A DNA stretch of 64,000 nucleotides from Macrostomum lignano (lineage: Eukaryota). Numbering within the stretch: the first letter of the stretch is position 1; every line of letters begins with the position of its first letter. The stretch lies in contig NIVC01000296.1 of NCBI GenBank assembly GCA_002269645.1, forward strand, positions 434,001-498,000, given 5' to 3'. A program made the position numbers and the translations under genes. The notes below the pieces were generated by a model. It was not told where the DNA came from. It saw only the letters and a list, made by a program, of their open reading frames with translations, and searched no databases. Below are positions 13,617 through 26,558 of this stretch, in pieces.

Positions 13617-14609
13617 GTAAAACCTATGGGTGGACATGCCAAATGCTTTGTCCCCCACCCCATTTTTTGGGACCAGTTATGGAAATCAATAATTTTGTTT
13701 CAGGGCACCAAAATATAGCACCTGCGGCGCCAAAATGAGTGCCTGTGGCGCCAAAACGAGTGCCCAAATGAGTGCTTGCGGCGCCCAAATGAGTGCTTGC
13801 GACGCTAAAATGAGCGCTGACAAACACCGAGTCTCAAAATAACGTACATGTACATGTAGGAATCTTAGTCATGTACATGTAAAATTCTTGGCTTTGTCCC
13901 CCCCATCATAAAATCCATCATGGCGACGTCCCTGTACATAAATATATATTCGCAGGAGGGCTGTACTCCAGAATTTACCATGTCTTCAGTACATTGAGCT
14001 GCTCTTCCAATAAATTTCAGGCAAGGCCAAGCTCACCTGTCCAGAAAAAGGAGCTGGAAGCGACATCTGCCGACAGACCAGACTCAAACCCAGAAACATT
14101 CGCCACCATTCCTGCTGGAGCTTCGGTGCGGTACTTTCTTGGAAAGCCGGAGCACTTTGGCTCCCTCATTTTTATCAGAAAGAAGGACTGCTGCTCAAAG
14201 GACGTTGAGGACATAAAAATCACATTTCCTAAAGATGACTATTGCATAACTGGTACAGCAAGCACGGAGAACAGCACTGAGAACTACTTGAGATTGAGTT
14301 ACCCCGTTACCCCGTTACTGCGGCTATGAATACGTAAAAAATACTTTGACGTGTCTTCGTGGAGAACCAACCGCAGCATAACTTTCTGAGACATCGAATT
14401 TGAAGCTTGGCTACCAAAAATTATCACTTAGTTAAACTGAGGGACTGTTAATTACTGTTTGGCTTCATAGCTGGATTAAGCCACAGCTCACCTAAATAAA
14501 AAAAATGAATTCCGACTAAAAACATGCATCTTACGATTATACAATCCAAAGCCTTAACGTGCATAACATGTACATGTACATGTACTGTATACATGTAAAA
14601 TGTATAGTT

Positions 14610-14790
14610 ACAGGAGAGCACAGCCGAGTAGGTTCACTCGCGCTCGTCACCGATTTTTAAGGCGAAGCGCCGCTAGCAGGCCAGCGAACGCCACGTCAAC
14701 TTGCAGTGCAAGCGAGTCCGTCAGCGTCCAGGTCTCGGCTCCGCAGGACGGCCCCGTCAAAAGCTGCCTTTGCGGCCGGATATGATCGAT
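14610..14790 (-). mobile_element. RTE-clade LINE fragment (region C-terminal to RT)
   Basis: Minus-strand translation GAETWTLTDSLALQVDVAFAGLL, then KIGDER after a frameshift. Resembles the LLYGAETWTLT motif of RTE elements. Confidence 0.55.
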
Positions 14791-15901
14791 TGGTACACTG
14801 TAGGACAAAAGACAAATAGAGCCAAAATCAAGTCTAAAATAACTCATGATTTCAGTGAGGAATACCGAATTAGTAGATATTCACATTTTATTTGCAGGTT
14901 CCATCCGTCTTAATTGTGTGTTGTCCAGTCGACAAATTCGCGCTTAAGAATTCTGTACACGTCACTTTTTGGTTTCAATGCCTCCTTTACACAAGAAAGC
15001 AAGACGCAGTACGACTTGTTATAATTTATTAATTTCCTTTGCTAATGTCTCCTTCTTTATTCTTAATCTCTTTGTTGCTCCTAATTCTCCTTAATTCCCA
15101 TGCCGCGACTAAGGATCCAAGGCCGTCTCCAATTTACGGTTTGCCCAATCCCAAATATTCTCTAGAAATGTTTTTTAAGATTCATTTTTTCTGTAACATT
15201 GATTTATAGTAAAGAAAACAATTTTTTTGCTAACGTTTAATTAGTATGTATTTAAATAAATGAATTTGTTTATCATAGCAGTTAGGCCTTGCTAGTTTTT
15301 TAAAACGCTTTGGCGATTTCTTAGGAATTGAAAATCACCATGCATCTGGGCTTCATGGACAATGGTTTGTCCCATATTGCACTATACAAAAATTACAGAG
15401 CGTTTTTAGATGGACATAAACTATAGCATATAGAGTTCCACCGTATCCGTATCCGTATCTGTATCCACAAAAAGTTAAAAATTTGTGGATATACAATGAC
15501 GTGGATAATGAGTGGATATTAAAAATTTGTTGATATTTGTGGATATACAATGTATCCTAAAAAACTATTAGTATATACAAATGCCACTGGGGCCTAGGCC
15601 CCACCCCAAGCCTTTTCTAAATTCTATTTTAAAAATAATACCAGGCTTAGGGTAGGCATACGCCTAGGCTAGGCTTGAGGGCCTAGTAAAAAATCAATAA
15701 GAATTTTACTCCTTGACCTTAGCAATTTCAAGTATATCTAATACAAAAATGGTTAATAATTGAAAAAAGTTTATTATATTGGCAATGTTTTTTAAATTTT
15801 GGCCTATAAATTGACTTATTATGCTAGAAATTACCATTTTTTCAATTTCAAAAATATAAACTATCTAACTAGGCCCAAAAGGTGCCTCTATTTTTATTAT
15901 A

Positions 15902-16292
15902 AAGAGCTTGCGTGCACGGCCGCCGTTCACATAAGCTTAGAATTGCGTGCACGGCAGAGCTATATCTTATAGGCTTATACACTAAGTCATATACTATTCG
16001 AATTAATATTCAAGTTAACAAAAAAAACAATGAATTAAGATTACATTTGCAGTCCATGGTGTATGGGGGATAAAACATTATAAAACAATATAGTAAAAAT
16101 ATTTTTTAATTAGGTTTGCCAATGCCAATGCGTGGATTTAAGGGCCCCAGTCCCGGCCAATTGCCGGCTACCGTGCACGCAATTACAACACTAGGTGTAC
16201 TGCTGCATACATGCAAATAAAGCACTAGGTAGATAGCCGCCGTGCACGCAATTCTGAGCTTATGTGAACGGCTGCCGTGCACGCAAGCTCTT
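15902..16292. mobile_element. MITE family B (~390 bp, ~55-60-bp TIRs)
   Basis: Left aagagcttgcgtgcacggccgccgttcacataagcttagaattgcgtgcacggc is the near-perfect reverse complement of right gccgtgcacgcaattctgagcttatgtgaacggctgccgtgcacgcaagctctt. Confidence 0.85.
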
Positions 16293-18687
16293 CGTTTTTA
16301 TTATAGATTTCTAATAATTATTTTATAAAATATGATTTAGTTATCATCCCAATGAAAGCCAGGTACATATTTAGGCCTATAAAAATGTTTCTCTAGTCTC
16401 AGTCTATGAATTTTTTTGTTTCTTTTTAGTTTGTTTTACACTCTGGATCATGTAGTATATGCCCCAAAATCTAGGTGTGCTGCATAGGCGCATGACTAAG
16501 ACTGTCACACACCAAGATTGCTATACCTATTATTGGCTACTGGTATTGAGGGGGGGGGGCTACCAATCCAATCTTCTAGCATTGCTATTCCTCTCATAGG
16601 TTCTTCTTTTATAGGCTTGTCCTATAGGCTCTCCTACCTAGGGGCCTACTCATCTGCTCTCTAGCTATATTGAGTAAGGCGGCAGATATGCCAGAATTTT
16701 CTAGCGTGCATATGGACAGGGTATGCTAGATGTTTATGGCATGCTTTTTTGGCATGCTCAAAGCACTGATAAAAAATATAACACAATTGTCATGCTTAAG
16801 ATGATAGGGCCTAGTAAAAAATATGGTGCAATCCATAAGGCAGCTACAGAGGCTTTGAGTCTGATTCTATGAAACAATGTCCAATGAAGTATTTAAATTT
16901 TTAAAGCTTCTAGACAATCCAATGACAAGATGGCAACAGACAATCTAGCAATAATCAAAGCAACAATAGACAATCTTGGAATAGATTATAGATTTTTTAT
17001 GGAATTTATCTGAGACAGCAGATAAACAACACTTATGGAAATGTTTATATAATATAGTGACCTAATTAATAATATATTACTTTCTAGTGATAAAAACATT
17101 ATGTATTTCATTGTTGTAGAATAATCATTTCAAAAAGTATCACAATGTTTTTAATAGCCTAAAAAATTCAAGGCTGAAAATGTTAGGCCTAGTATGTTTA
17201 TATTGCATAGTAAAAAGGGTCATTAAAATTTTGGCATGCTTGGCATGCATTAAACAGTTGACTAAAAATTTTGATATGCATGACATGAATTAGTAGCTTT
17301 GCTCATCTTCAATTCTAGCATGTCTCTGTCACCTTCCTGAGCATGGCTCTCTAGTATAATCCAATAACACATTGAGCCAAATTCCTCCCCTAGCTCCCCT
17401 AAGTGTAATGGTCTTGGTTTTATACCACTGTATGTATCAACCTTGCATGCCAAAAGTTAGGCGTACATAGTTGGCATGCATTACCCCTAAGAAATAGTGT
17501 GTACACATACCTGGTGTACACTTTATCAAATCATGCAAGAGTTAGAGTTAAGTTAAGTGGAAAAAATATAGAAAATTTGATTTTTAATTTAAGAATAAAT
17601 TTCAAGCTTTTTAGTTTTTAAGCTTATAGTAAAGCATTTGAACAAATGTTTATGTGTATCAGTTTTGTGCTATAAATAGTATAGACAAGAAAGATGAATA
17701 ATCAACCAAATTATTAGTTAATAAAAGTCCTTTACATATTGCTAAAAAGGTCATTTATTATTGCAACATTAGTCTAGATTTGAGAGTATAGGTATACACT
17801 CATTTTTTGGCATGCATTTGTAACTATTCAATTTTTTGGGCATGGACCAATATAATCTAGACTATGGTTTATATTTGCTTTTCATTCTATGCAATAGCAT
17901 TGCAAAGTTATTTATTTGCAAAAAAAACTATTTTTATATAAATTTACCTTTTGCATATATATTATCAAGTCATTAAACCCTCATTGAAGTCCCTAATTTT
18001 AATAAATGGATTGGAATTAGGATCCTATCCTACACTTAGCTAAATTTGGACCCTGTATAATAAATTGGCATTCTGTTTTTTAAGATAGGTATATGTGTTC
18101 AATTTTCAGTAATTAAAATTGAACTTAATTTTTCAAGATAGATATATTTATTTATTTTTAAGTTCCATATTTTTGTTACTCATTTTCTCAAGATTTCAAT
18201 AAGTTTATAATTATTGGAGTTCTTTAAATTTCAAAATTTCATTCAATTGTTAGATTTGAGTAATTAGAAATGTAAATGGCATTCATGCGCAACCCGCTTG
18301 ATTTATACTGGCTATGCAACTTTTTGACCAAAAATGCAACTTACCTATTAAATAAATAGCAAAATACATAAGTATGGGTAAACGGCAGGAGTAACTGTAA
18401 CTGTATTATTAAGGCTAAATGCCTCGTCATCTAATTAGCACTTCATCTGTTTTTGGTGGGCATTTTTTGTGACTTACCTTGTTTAGGCCCCTCGCCAGCC
18501 AGCTGCATTGGCCGGTGTTACGCATGTTTGGTAATGGGTAGGGTAGAGATATTGGTATTTCATTTAATTGTGAACTCATCTGGCTCAGCTTGGATCCAGA
18601 AGAGCCATCCAGTCCAGCAGTCAGGCAGAAATTACACAATAGTTTGCTATTCATGTACCGCATGTTGCTGCACTAGAAGGCAAAGCA

Positions 18688-19164
18688 ATGCCACTCTCCT
18701 GTCGCTACTATGAACGCAAGTTCCCCGAACTAGAAGAGGTGGTCATGGTGAACGTGCGCAGCATCCAGGAGATGGGAGCCTATGTGCACCTATTGGAGTA
18801 CAACAACATTGAGGGCATGATCCTGCTGTCCGAGCTGTCTCGTCGGCGGATTCGCTCCATTAATAAGCTCATTCGAGTCGGTCGCAACGAAGTCGTGCTG
18901 GTGATCCGAGTAGACAAGAACAAAGGCTACATCGATCTATCCAAGCGGCGCGTGTCCCAGGAGGAAGTGGAAAAATGCGAAGAGAAGTTCGCCAAAGCCA
19001 AGGCTGTCAATCAAATTTTGAAACGCGTCGGAGAAAAGTTGGGCTACGAGAAGGACGAACAGCTGGAGGAGCTGTACAACAAAACTGCCTGGCATTTCGA
19101 TCGCAAGTACAACAGGCCCGGGGCCAGCTTTGAAACATTCAAGCACTCCGTCACTAATCCTGAG
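18688..19164 (+). CDS. EIF2S1: Eukaryotic translation initiation factor 2 subunit alpha, exon 1
   Basis: [23 protein letters not shown]...[22 protein letters not shown] (S1 domain, Ser51-equivalent intact). Donor gag|gtgggc at 19165. Confidence 0.97.
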
Positions 19165-19214
19165 GTGGGCGCTGCGCTTGGCTGTTTTTTGTTTCAAATT
19201 CTCCTTTTCTTCAG

Positions 19215-19785
19215 CTGCCCTGTCACAATCCCTCAGTTACAGCTGCTGCCCTGTCCCTAATCCCTCAGTTACAGCTGCTACCCTGTCCCTAATCCCTCAG
19301 TTACGGCTGCTACCCTGTCCCTAATCCCTCAGTTACAGTTGCTACCTGCCCCAAATCCCTCAGTTACGGCTGCCACCCTGTCCCTAATCCCTCAGTTACA
19401 GTTGCTACCTGCCCCAAAGCCCTCAGTTACGGCTGCCACCCTGTCCCTAATCCCTCAGTTACAGTTGCTACCCTGTCCCTAATCCCTCAGTTACAGTTGC
19501 TACCCTGTCCTTAATCCCTCAGTTACAGCTGCTACCCTGTCCCTAATCCCTCAGTTACAGCTGCTACCCTGTCCCTAATCCCTCAGTTACAGCTGCTACC
19601 CTGTCCCTAATCCCTCAGTTACAGCTGCTACCCTGTCCCTAATCCCTCAGTTACAGCTGCTACCCTGTCCCTAATCCCTCAGTTACAGCTGCTACCCTGT
19701 CCCTAATCCCTCAGTTACAGCTGCTACCCTGTCCCTAATCCCTCAGTTACAGCTGCTACCCTGTCCCTAATCCCTCAGTTACCTG
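19215..19785. repeat. 32-bp intronic minisatellite (CCCTGTCCCTAATCCCTCAGTTACAGCTGCTA)n
   Basis: Period 32, inside the eIF2-alpha intron. Confidence 0.95.
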
Positions 19786-19836
19786 CTCTAAAGCTTAAAA
19801 GGCTTTCAGTAACAAAACAAAACTCGCGCATTGAAG

Positions 19837-20343
19837 GTTCTGAACGAATGCGAGATCGACGACCAGGTCAAGGAGGTGCTGCTAGAAAACATCCGGCGGC
19901 GCCTGATGCCGCAGTCAGTGCGAATCCGCAGCGACATCGAGGTGTCCTGCTTCACCTACGAAGGCATCGACGCTGTTAAAGCCGCGCTGAAGGCCGGTCT
20001 AAAGCACGCCACCGAGGAGTTCCCGTTGCACATTAACCTGATTGCGCCGCCTGAATACGTGGTGACCACTTCAACGCTGGATAGGCAGGAAGGCCTCGTC
20101 AAGATGCGCGCCGCCCTGGACGACGTCAAGGCCAATATCGAGGGTCGCGGCGGCGTGTTCAGCATCAAACGCGAGCCGTGGGTCATCTCGGACACTGAGG
20201 AGGCCGAGCTGAAACAGAAACTCGAAGACCTCGAACTGGCTAATAAGGAGGTCAGCGGCGACGAGGACTCCGATGGTGACGAAGACGACGACGAGGAGGG
20301 CGGCGGCGACGACGGCGATGAGAACGGGGACGGGGCAGACTGA
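19837..20343 (+). CDS. EIF2S1: Eukaryotic translation initiation factor 2 subunit alpha, exon 2
   Basis: Acceptor aag| at 19836, phase 0. IRSDIEVSCFTYEGIDAVK, INLIAPPEYV and an acidic tail. Joined CDS 984 nt = 327 aa + stop. AATAAA at 20431-20436. Confidence 0.95.
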   Translation, partial: VLNECEIDDQVKEVLLENIRRRLMPQSVRIRSDIEVSCFTYEGIDAVKAALKAGLKHATEEFPLHINLIAPPEYVVTTSTLDRQEGLVKMRAALDDVKANIEGRGGVFSIKREPWVISDTEEAELKQKLEDLELANKEVSGDEDSDGDEDDDEEGGGDDGDENGDGAD

Positions 20344-20831
20344 GAGACATTCGCTAGTGCGCAGATGAGGCGTTTGATTAGTGCGTTTGAGTTAAAGTGG
20401 TTAGCAAGTTGCTACATTGCATTGAATTTCAATAAACAAAATGAAAGCTCCTAAAGGGTTAAATGTTATTTGTTTTCGTTTGGGCAGAGAAACGAATTAT
20501 TGATGCTGTGCGGCAGTTTCATGACTGTTGGTTTTTTGTGTTTAAAAACGGGACTTTTCAAGTAAATAAAATATTAGTAAAATGCCTCTTGCTACTACTA
20601 CTTCATGTAAGTAGTACAATTAAGATTCCTAATAGCCAGTTTTAGCTGACGCTGCAAGTTCTCAGAAGGCTGTAAGTACCTGCATGGTTTGCATCTTGCA
20701 GTACGCCCTTTTTATGGCTGCAAAATATGAAATCTCCATTTAGCTCGTATAGACAAAGGCGGTGAGTGAGTTCAAATTGTTCAAACTTGGGCGATTCGAA
20801 TCAACCTTAAGCTAAGGAAGATCATATATAT

Positions 20832-21920
20832 AGATTCGAGTCTGGGGTCAGGGATTCGAGTCTGAAGTCAGGGATTCGAGTCTGAGATTAGGGATTCGAG
20901 TCTGAGATTAGGGATTCTAGTCTGAAGTCAGGGATTCGAGTCTGAAGTCAGGGATTCGAGTCTGAGATTAGGGATTCGAGTCTGAGATTAGGGATTCGAG
21001 TCTGAGATTAGGGATTCGAGTCTGAGGTCAGGGATTTTAGTCTGAGGTCAGGGATTCGAGCCTGAGATTAGGGATTCTAGTCTGAAGTCAGGGATTCGAG
21101 TCTGAAGTCAGGGATTCGAGTCTGAGATTAGGGATTCGAGTCTGAGATTAGGGATTCGAGTCTGAGATTAGGGATTCGAGTCTGAGATTAGGGATTCGAG
21201 TCTGAGGTCAGGGATTTTAGTCTGAGGTCAGGGATTCGAGCCTGAGATTAGGGATTCGAGTCTGAGATTAGGGATTCGAGTCTGATATTAGGGATTAGAG
21301 TCTAGAGTCAAGGCAAGGATTCAAGTCTGAGATTAGGGATTCGAGTCTGGGATTAGGGATTAGAGTCTAGAGTCAAGGCAAGGATTCGAGTCTGAGATTA
21401 GGGATTCGAGTGCGAAGTCAGAGATTCGAACCTGGCGAGTCTGGGTCAGGGATTTGAGTCTGAAGTCAGGAATTCGAGTCTGAGATCAGGGATTCGAGTC
21501 TGTGATTAGGGATTAGAGTCTAGAGTCAAGGCAAGGATTCGAGTCTGAGATTAGGGATTCGAGTGCGAAGTCAGAGATTAAAACCTGGCGAGTCTGGGTC
21601 AGGGATTTGAGTCTGAAGTCAGGAATTCGAGTCTGAGGTCAGGGATTCGAGTCTGAGATTAGGGATTCGAGTCTGAGATTAGGGATTCGAGTCTGAGATT
21701 AGGGATTCGAATCTGAAGTCAGAGATTAAAACCTGGCGAGTCTGGGTCAGGGATTTGAGTCTGAAGTCAGGAATTAGAACCTGGCGAGTCTGGGTCAGGG
21801 ATTTGAGTCTGGGGTCAAAGGATTCAAGTCTGGGGCCAGGGTTTTGAATATTGAATCAAGGAATTTGATTATTGAGTCAAATACTTGAGTTTGGGGTCAA
21901 GGGATTCGAGTCTGGGATTT
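20832..21920. repeat. 20-bp minisatellite (GAGTCTGAGATTAGGGATTC)n with a diverged distal part
   Basis: Period 20; many units contain TTAGGG. Confidence 0.93.
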
Positions 21921-23502
21921 TGGAAAATCTGGAAAAAAAACATTTTTAGTATATGGATATGCATTCGAGTCTTCATAGTCGAACCGAAATTCGAGTTGGG
22001 GAATAGTGATTCAGCGGGGTGGTGGTTTATAGCTTTTCGCGATTAGAATCCTTCTCTAGCTGTCTTCAAGCATGGCCCCGCCCCCATTGCTACTCGAGTC
22101 CCGAATGTATTACCGCAGGTTTTAAACAGGTGTGCGTGTCAATTTTAATAGAAATCCACTCGACTACAGCTAGCTGAGAGCCGAGCGCTGTCCTGATCAG
22201 AAAACATCAACCTCCCTATCCTCTCAGTGCCCCGCGGCTACTCCATACCGGATTGGATGTCAAGCAGCCCCTGCTATTGGGAGCTTAGCTCTGGACTCCC
22301 CTTCCTCCTCTTGCCTCCCCACCCCACTCAATCCCCTTCCTGAATGCAGTGCATAATTCAGATCCCTGCAGTAAGTGAGCGCGGAACTAGGTGCGCTCGT
22401 GCTTCACTCGAACTGCTGCTTGCTGCTTCCCGTCTTCTAGAAGCAATAGCTAGCTAGAAAATTTCTGCTCCCCCTCCATCCGGCCCTGCCCAGCTTGCGA
22501 CTCTCAGCCAGTCACTGCCAGAGCCGCGCAGTCTCCCCTGCATCGCCATATCTTCCTTCTATTGTCTGTCGCGCAACCCGCATTGCCGCCACCTGGCCTC
22601 TTCCCGGCTCCCTCCCTCCCTCTCTCTCAATTTCGGAGTCTCCAATCTGGTGACGACTAGCAAAGCCAGAAAGTAGGCGAAGCAACCGCAGCAGCCTAAC
22701 TTCAAATCGGTAAGTTTATATCGGTTACGCGGACGATCCTCACCCAGATCCTCAGTTTGATCCTCTCTCCGAATCCCCAGCTCTACAGTAGCTTTCAAAT
22801 TCCCTCGGGCCACGATTGCCTCATCTCCTGTGGGATTCTGCTTAGAGCCTTTGTTTCCGCCTCCGGCTCGACCCCTTTTTGATCCCCATCCAGTAGTTCC
22901 CCTCGGAAGGTGTAAAGGTAAGGGCAGAAATCAATTTTCCAAACTAATTGCTGTTCGATCCCAATAGCCCTGCTCCTACGCGGAACAAAGTGTAGGGGAT
23001 TAAATAAATCCGTGATTTGCACCAAATATAGATGTTAGTAAATTATTGCCATTCAACAGAGCCGACAACTAAAATAGGTCAGTTTAACTATCGAGCATCA
23101 GGAGTAGATGTTGCTCTGAAAATGGACTCAAAAAATCATCCCAGCCGCCCCTTTAGCTAGTCTAAGGACTCAATGAAATTGAGAGTGCATGGCAGTGCGC
23201 GGATAAACGGGGGCAAGTCAACACGCAACGCAAGAGGATTTGGGGTCTATGCAAAAAGGAATGCTCTTTCCAGCTTTCTATGCTGTCGATTTAAACAGCT
23301 TTTAGTTCCCACAGTCTCGTCGAATTTTTGCCAATTAATTTAGCTCTTCTCCCTTTCTCACCACTCTCAACGGCTCCTAAACTCGGGATGTGCAGACAAA
23401 GCAGATTCTTCACGCAAACCCCTCAGAGACTTCACAAACCCGACTTCAAGAAACCATTTCCACCAACCCTCTCCACGCTTAGACATTCTACTTAAAATTG
23501 CA

Positions 23503-23812
23503 GGGCTTGTAGCCTAGTGGTAAGAGCGTGGGACTCACGACTTGAGGGTCAAGGGTTCGATTCCCGATCACACCGGAACAATTTGTGTCCTTGAGCAAGA
23601 CACTTAACTCTGCATTGCTTCAGTTCACCCAGCTGTAAAATGGGTGCCAGCATTAGCTGGGGTAATTGAGGGTGTGTGGCGACCCCCCAGTCCTTGGACT
23701 GAACAGCCGTACGCAGCCTTCAGATGCGCCGCGCAATAGCTGCGGCTGAGCTGATCTGCCCACCAGGGCAGGTGTAATCAGATATATATTATTGTAATTA
23801 TAATTATTATCA
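23503..23812 (+). mobile_element. tRNA-derived SINE with CORE(MIR)-like central domain
   Basis: A box (TAGCCTAGTGGT) and B box GGTTCGATTCC (23554-23564). Then TGTGTCCTTGAGCAAGACACTTAACTC...CAGCTGTAAAATGGG (23584-23644), resembling the CORE-SINE consensus. AT-rich tail. Confidence 0.75.
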
Positions 23813-24659
23813 TAGTTGCAAACAGAATTGCACAGAGAGGGGGAGTCCTCCCTAAAGAGTCTGGGCATTCAATCAGCAGATAAACTATAGAAAACATGCT
23901 TCTCTACTACGAGTAACAACCACGCTTGCGGTTGTAATCGCCTCCCAAAGGAAATGTGGCGCTTGTACCGTTAAATTATTATGATGGCGAAATTTCCCTG
24001 CTAGTCAACTAGAAATGCGATAATGGCTACATATATTCTATCAAATCGATCCGAGATCGTACTAAAAGCCGTATAAAAGACTGGCAGGAATGACAAAACA
24101 ATCTCTGTAATGCATCTCGGCCATAAGCTTGGCGGGATAAGGCGGGATAGAAGGCGATGAGTTGGACAGACAAGAGACAGCTTGGTCCATAGCATAGCCA
24201 TGCGCTGGTCTGGATATCCCAGCCCTGATAGGGTCGGCGCTTGCCATGAAATATTCATCAGTAGAATGCAGGGAGAGTGCATTCGCTAAATGCACGAAGG
24301 AAAAAATACTAGAATAGTATAGAATAAGAAATTCTTCACATTAAAGACGGCGGAGAATTCACTCTGCGACTCGTTCTTGAGGTTGTAGACGAGTGGCTTG
24401 GCTCTGATTCCCAGCTCACGCACATGCTTGCTATATGCTGCACGAGCTGGCGAAATGCTGAGGCGACAGATGCTTGTATAATGCTGACTGACTATGTTGA
24501 GTGTGGGAAACTGACCAGCATGCCCCACCAGCGAATCTGAGTGTCCACTAATGCGTGTGGGGATCACACTGCACGGACTAGTGCTGAGAGTGTTCGGGCA
24601 AGTTCCCGTGCACCGAGTTCCTCTCGGTGCGGGCTGGAGTGAGCATTTCGGACAGGAAT

Positions 24660-24660
24660 G

Positions 24661-24722
<62 letters not shown>

Positions 24723-24793
24723 CTAAGAAAGACAGACAGACACTAAGAAAGACAGACAGACAGACACTAAGAAAGACAGACAGACACTAAGAA

Positions 24794-24826
<33 letters not shown>

Positions 24827-24992
24827 CAGACAGACAAGGCAGGGCAGGACAGGACAGGACAGGACAGGACAGGGCAGGACAGGACAGGACAGGACAGGAC
24901 AGGACAGGACAGGACGGGACAGGACAGGACAGGACAGGACGGGACAGGACAGGACAGGACAGGACAGCAGGACAGGACAGGACAGGACGGGA
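24660..24992. repeat. (GACA)n followed by (GGACA)n microsatellites
   Basis: Directly visible. Confidence 0.95.
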
Positions 24993-25904
24993 AGGCAGAC
25001 ATGCAGCTGAATAGACGGATAAAATGGCAGGGTTCAGACTACTAGTATACAAAGGGCAAAAGATATTGAAAGCAGGCTAAAATGACGGAATCAGCCTTCT
25101 AAATTTTCCCAGCCGAAAACTGCTCAACCGTTTTGCACTTTTATAACTGCATTTTCGCTCAGCTTCAGTCTCAGCCATATTTCTGGGTCCGATGAAGCTC
25201 GCTCAATCACAATGGAGGCTGGAGCTCTGAATAGAACGGGACTGAGAAAGACAGAAAATGCGAAACAGGAGCAGCATAGCTGAGAGCTCTGCTTATTACG
25301 CTTATTGTTCTCAAATTGAAATGCTCATTTTGGCCGATTCTGAATGATTTCTTGTGGGAGAATTTTAGGCAGGGATGTTCTGCCTCGTGTTCTTCATCAT
25401 GTGAATGAAACACAGGCTGCAGGCGCCAAAACTGGATAGCATTCTACAAAATTGGATAGCTCTAGACGCCAGGACTGCAAGTTAAGCAAAGCTGGCCGCG
25501 GTTAGTACACAGGGAGCGGCTATTGGCAAGTTGAAGTGAACTCCAATTCACCCTGCTATGATCGGACAGCAGCCCTGAGCCGCGGTAGACATGCAGGTTG
25601 CTTTCAAATTTTTGGCAATAGTTTCCACTCCAGATGCTACGCCTAGTACTTCGTGACTGGGCGCGCGTTCACCCGTGAACTGAATTCTATAGAGCCATAC
25701 TCTGGCTGCCAGTGGGATCCAACGGGATTAGGGTCAAATTTTTTTTGTGCGACCTGTTTTAGACATTTTCTGCAGCTGATCTCTACGTGATGAATGATGA
25801 CTGGGGCACGAGTTTTGGACCAGCGACAGGACATGCGTTAAGAGCTCGTAAATCTTCTGATCTCCGGGTGACGCCAATTTTGACTGTCAATATTAGCGCC
25901 GACA

Positions 25905-26478
25905 ACTTGGCGCCACCAGCTGATGCCAGTTTTGGCGCCACCAGCTAAGGTCGGTTTTGGCGCCTCCAGCTAATGTCAGTTTTGGCGCCACCAGTTGATT
26001 CCAGTTTTGGCGCCTCCAGCTGTGATGTCAGTTTTGGCGTCACCAGCTGATTTCAGTTTTGGCGCCTCCAGCTAATGTCAGTTTTGGCGCCACCAGTTGA
26101 TTCCAGTTTTGGCGCCTCCAGCTGTGATGTCAGTTTTGGGCGCCACCAGCTGATGTCAGTTTTGGGCGCCACCAGCTGATGTCAGTTTTGGCGCCACCAG
26201 CTGATGTCAGTTTTGGGCGCCACCAGCTGATGTCAGTTTTGGGCGCCACCAGCTGATGTCAGTTTTGGGCGCCACCAGCTGATGTCAGTTTTGGGCGCCA
26301 CCAGCTGATGTCAGTTTTGGCGCCACCAGCTGATGTCAGTTTTGGGCGCCACCAGCTGATGTAAGTTTTGGGCGCCACCAGCTGATGTAAGTTTTGGCGC
26401 CACCAGCTGATGTCAGTTTTGGGCGCCACCAGCTGATGTAAGTTTTGGCGCCACCAGCTGATGTCAGTTTTGGCGCCA
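25905..26478. repeat. 25-26-bp minisatellite (GTTTTGGCGCCACCAGCTGATGTCA)n
   Basis: Directly visible. Confidence 0.93.
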
Positions 26479-26558
26479 GAACTGGCGTCAATTTAGGCGA
26501 CTGCCCCTGACTCTTAGATCCCCTGACTCCCCTGACAGTCTCCAGATCTGACTTCGCG

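Noticed and set aside
13620-13937. DNA transposon ending in catggcgacgtccctg
   Set aside because: Only one TIR-like end was found; no matching left end or TSD.
13994-14329. 111-aa ORF as a gene exon
   Set aside because: A plausible acceptor is present but there is no recognisable motif or partner exon.
23503-23575. tRNA gene
   Set aside because: No paired acceptor stem or terminator; it continues into a SINE body. The same applies to 11750-11820.
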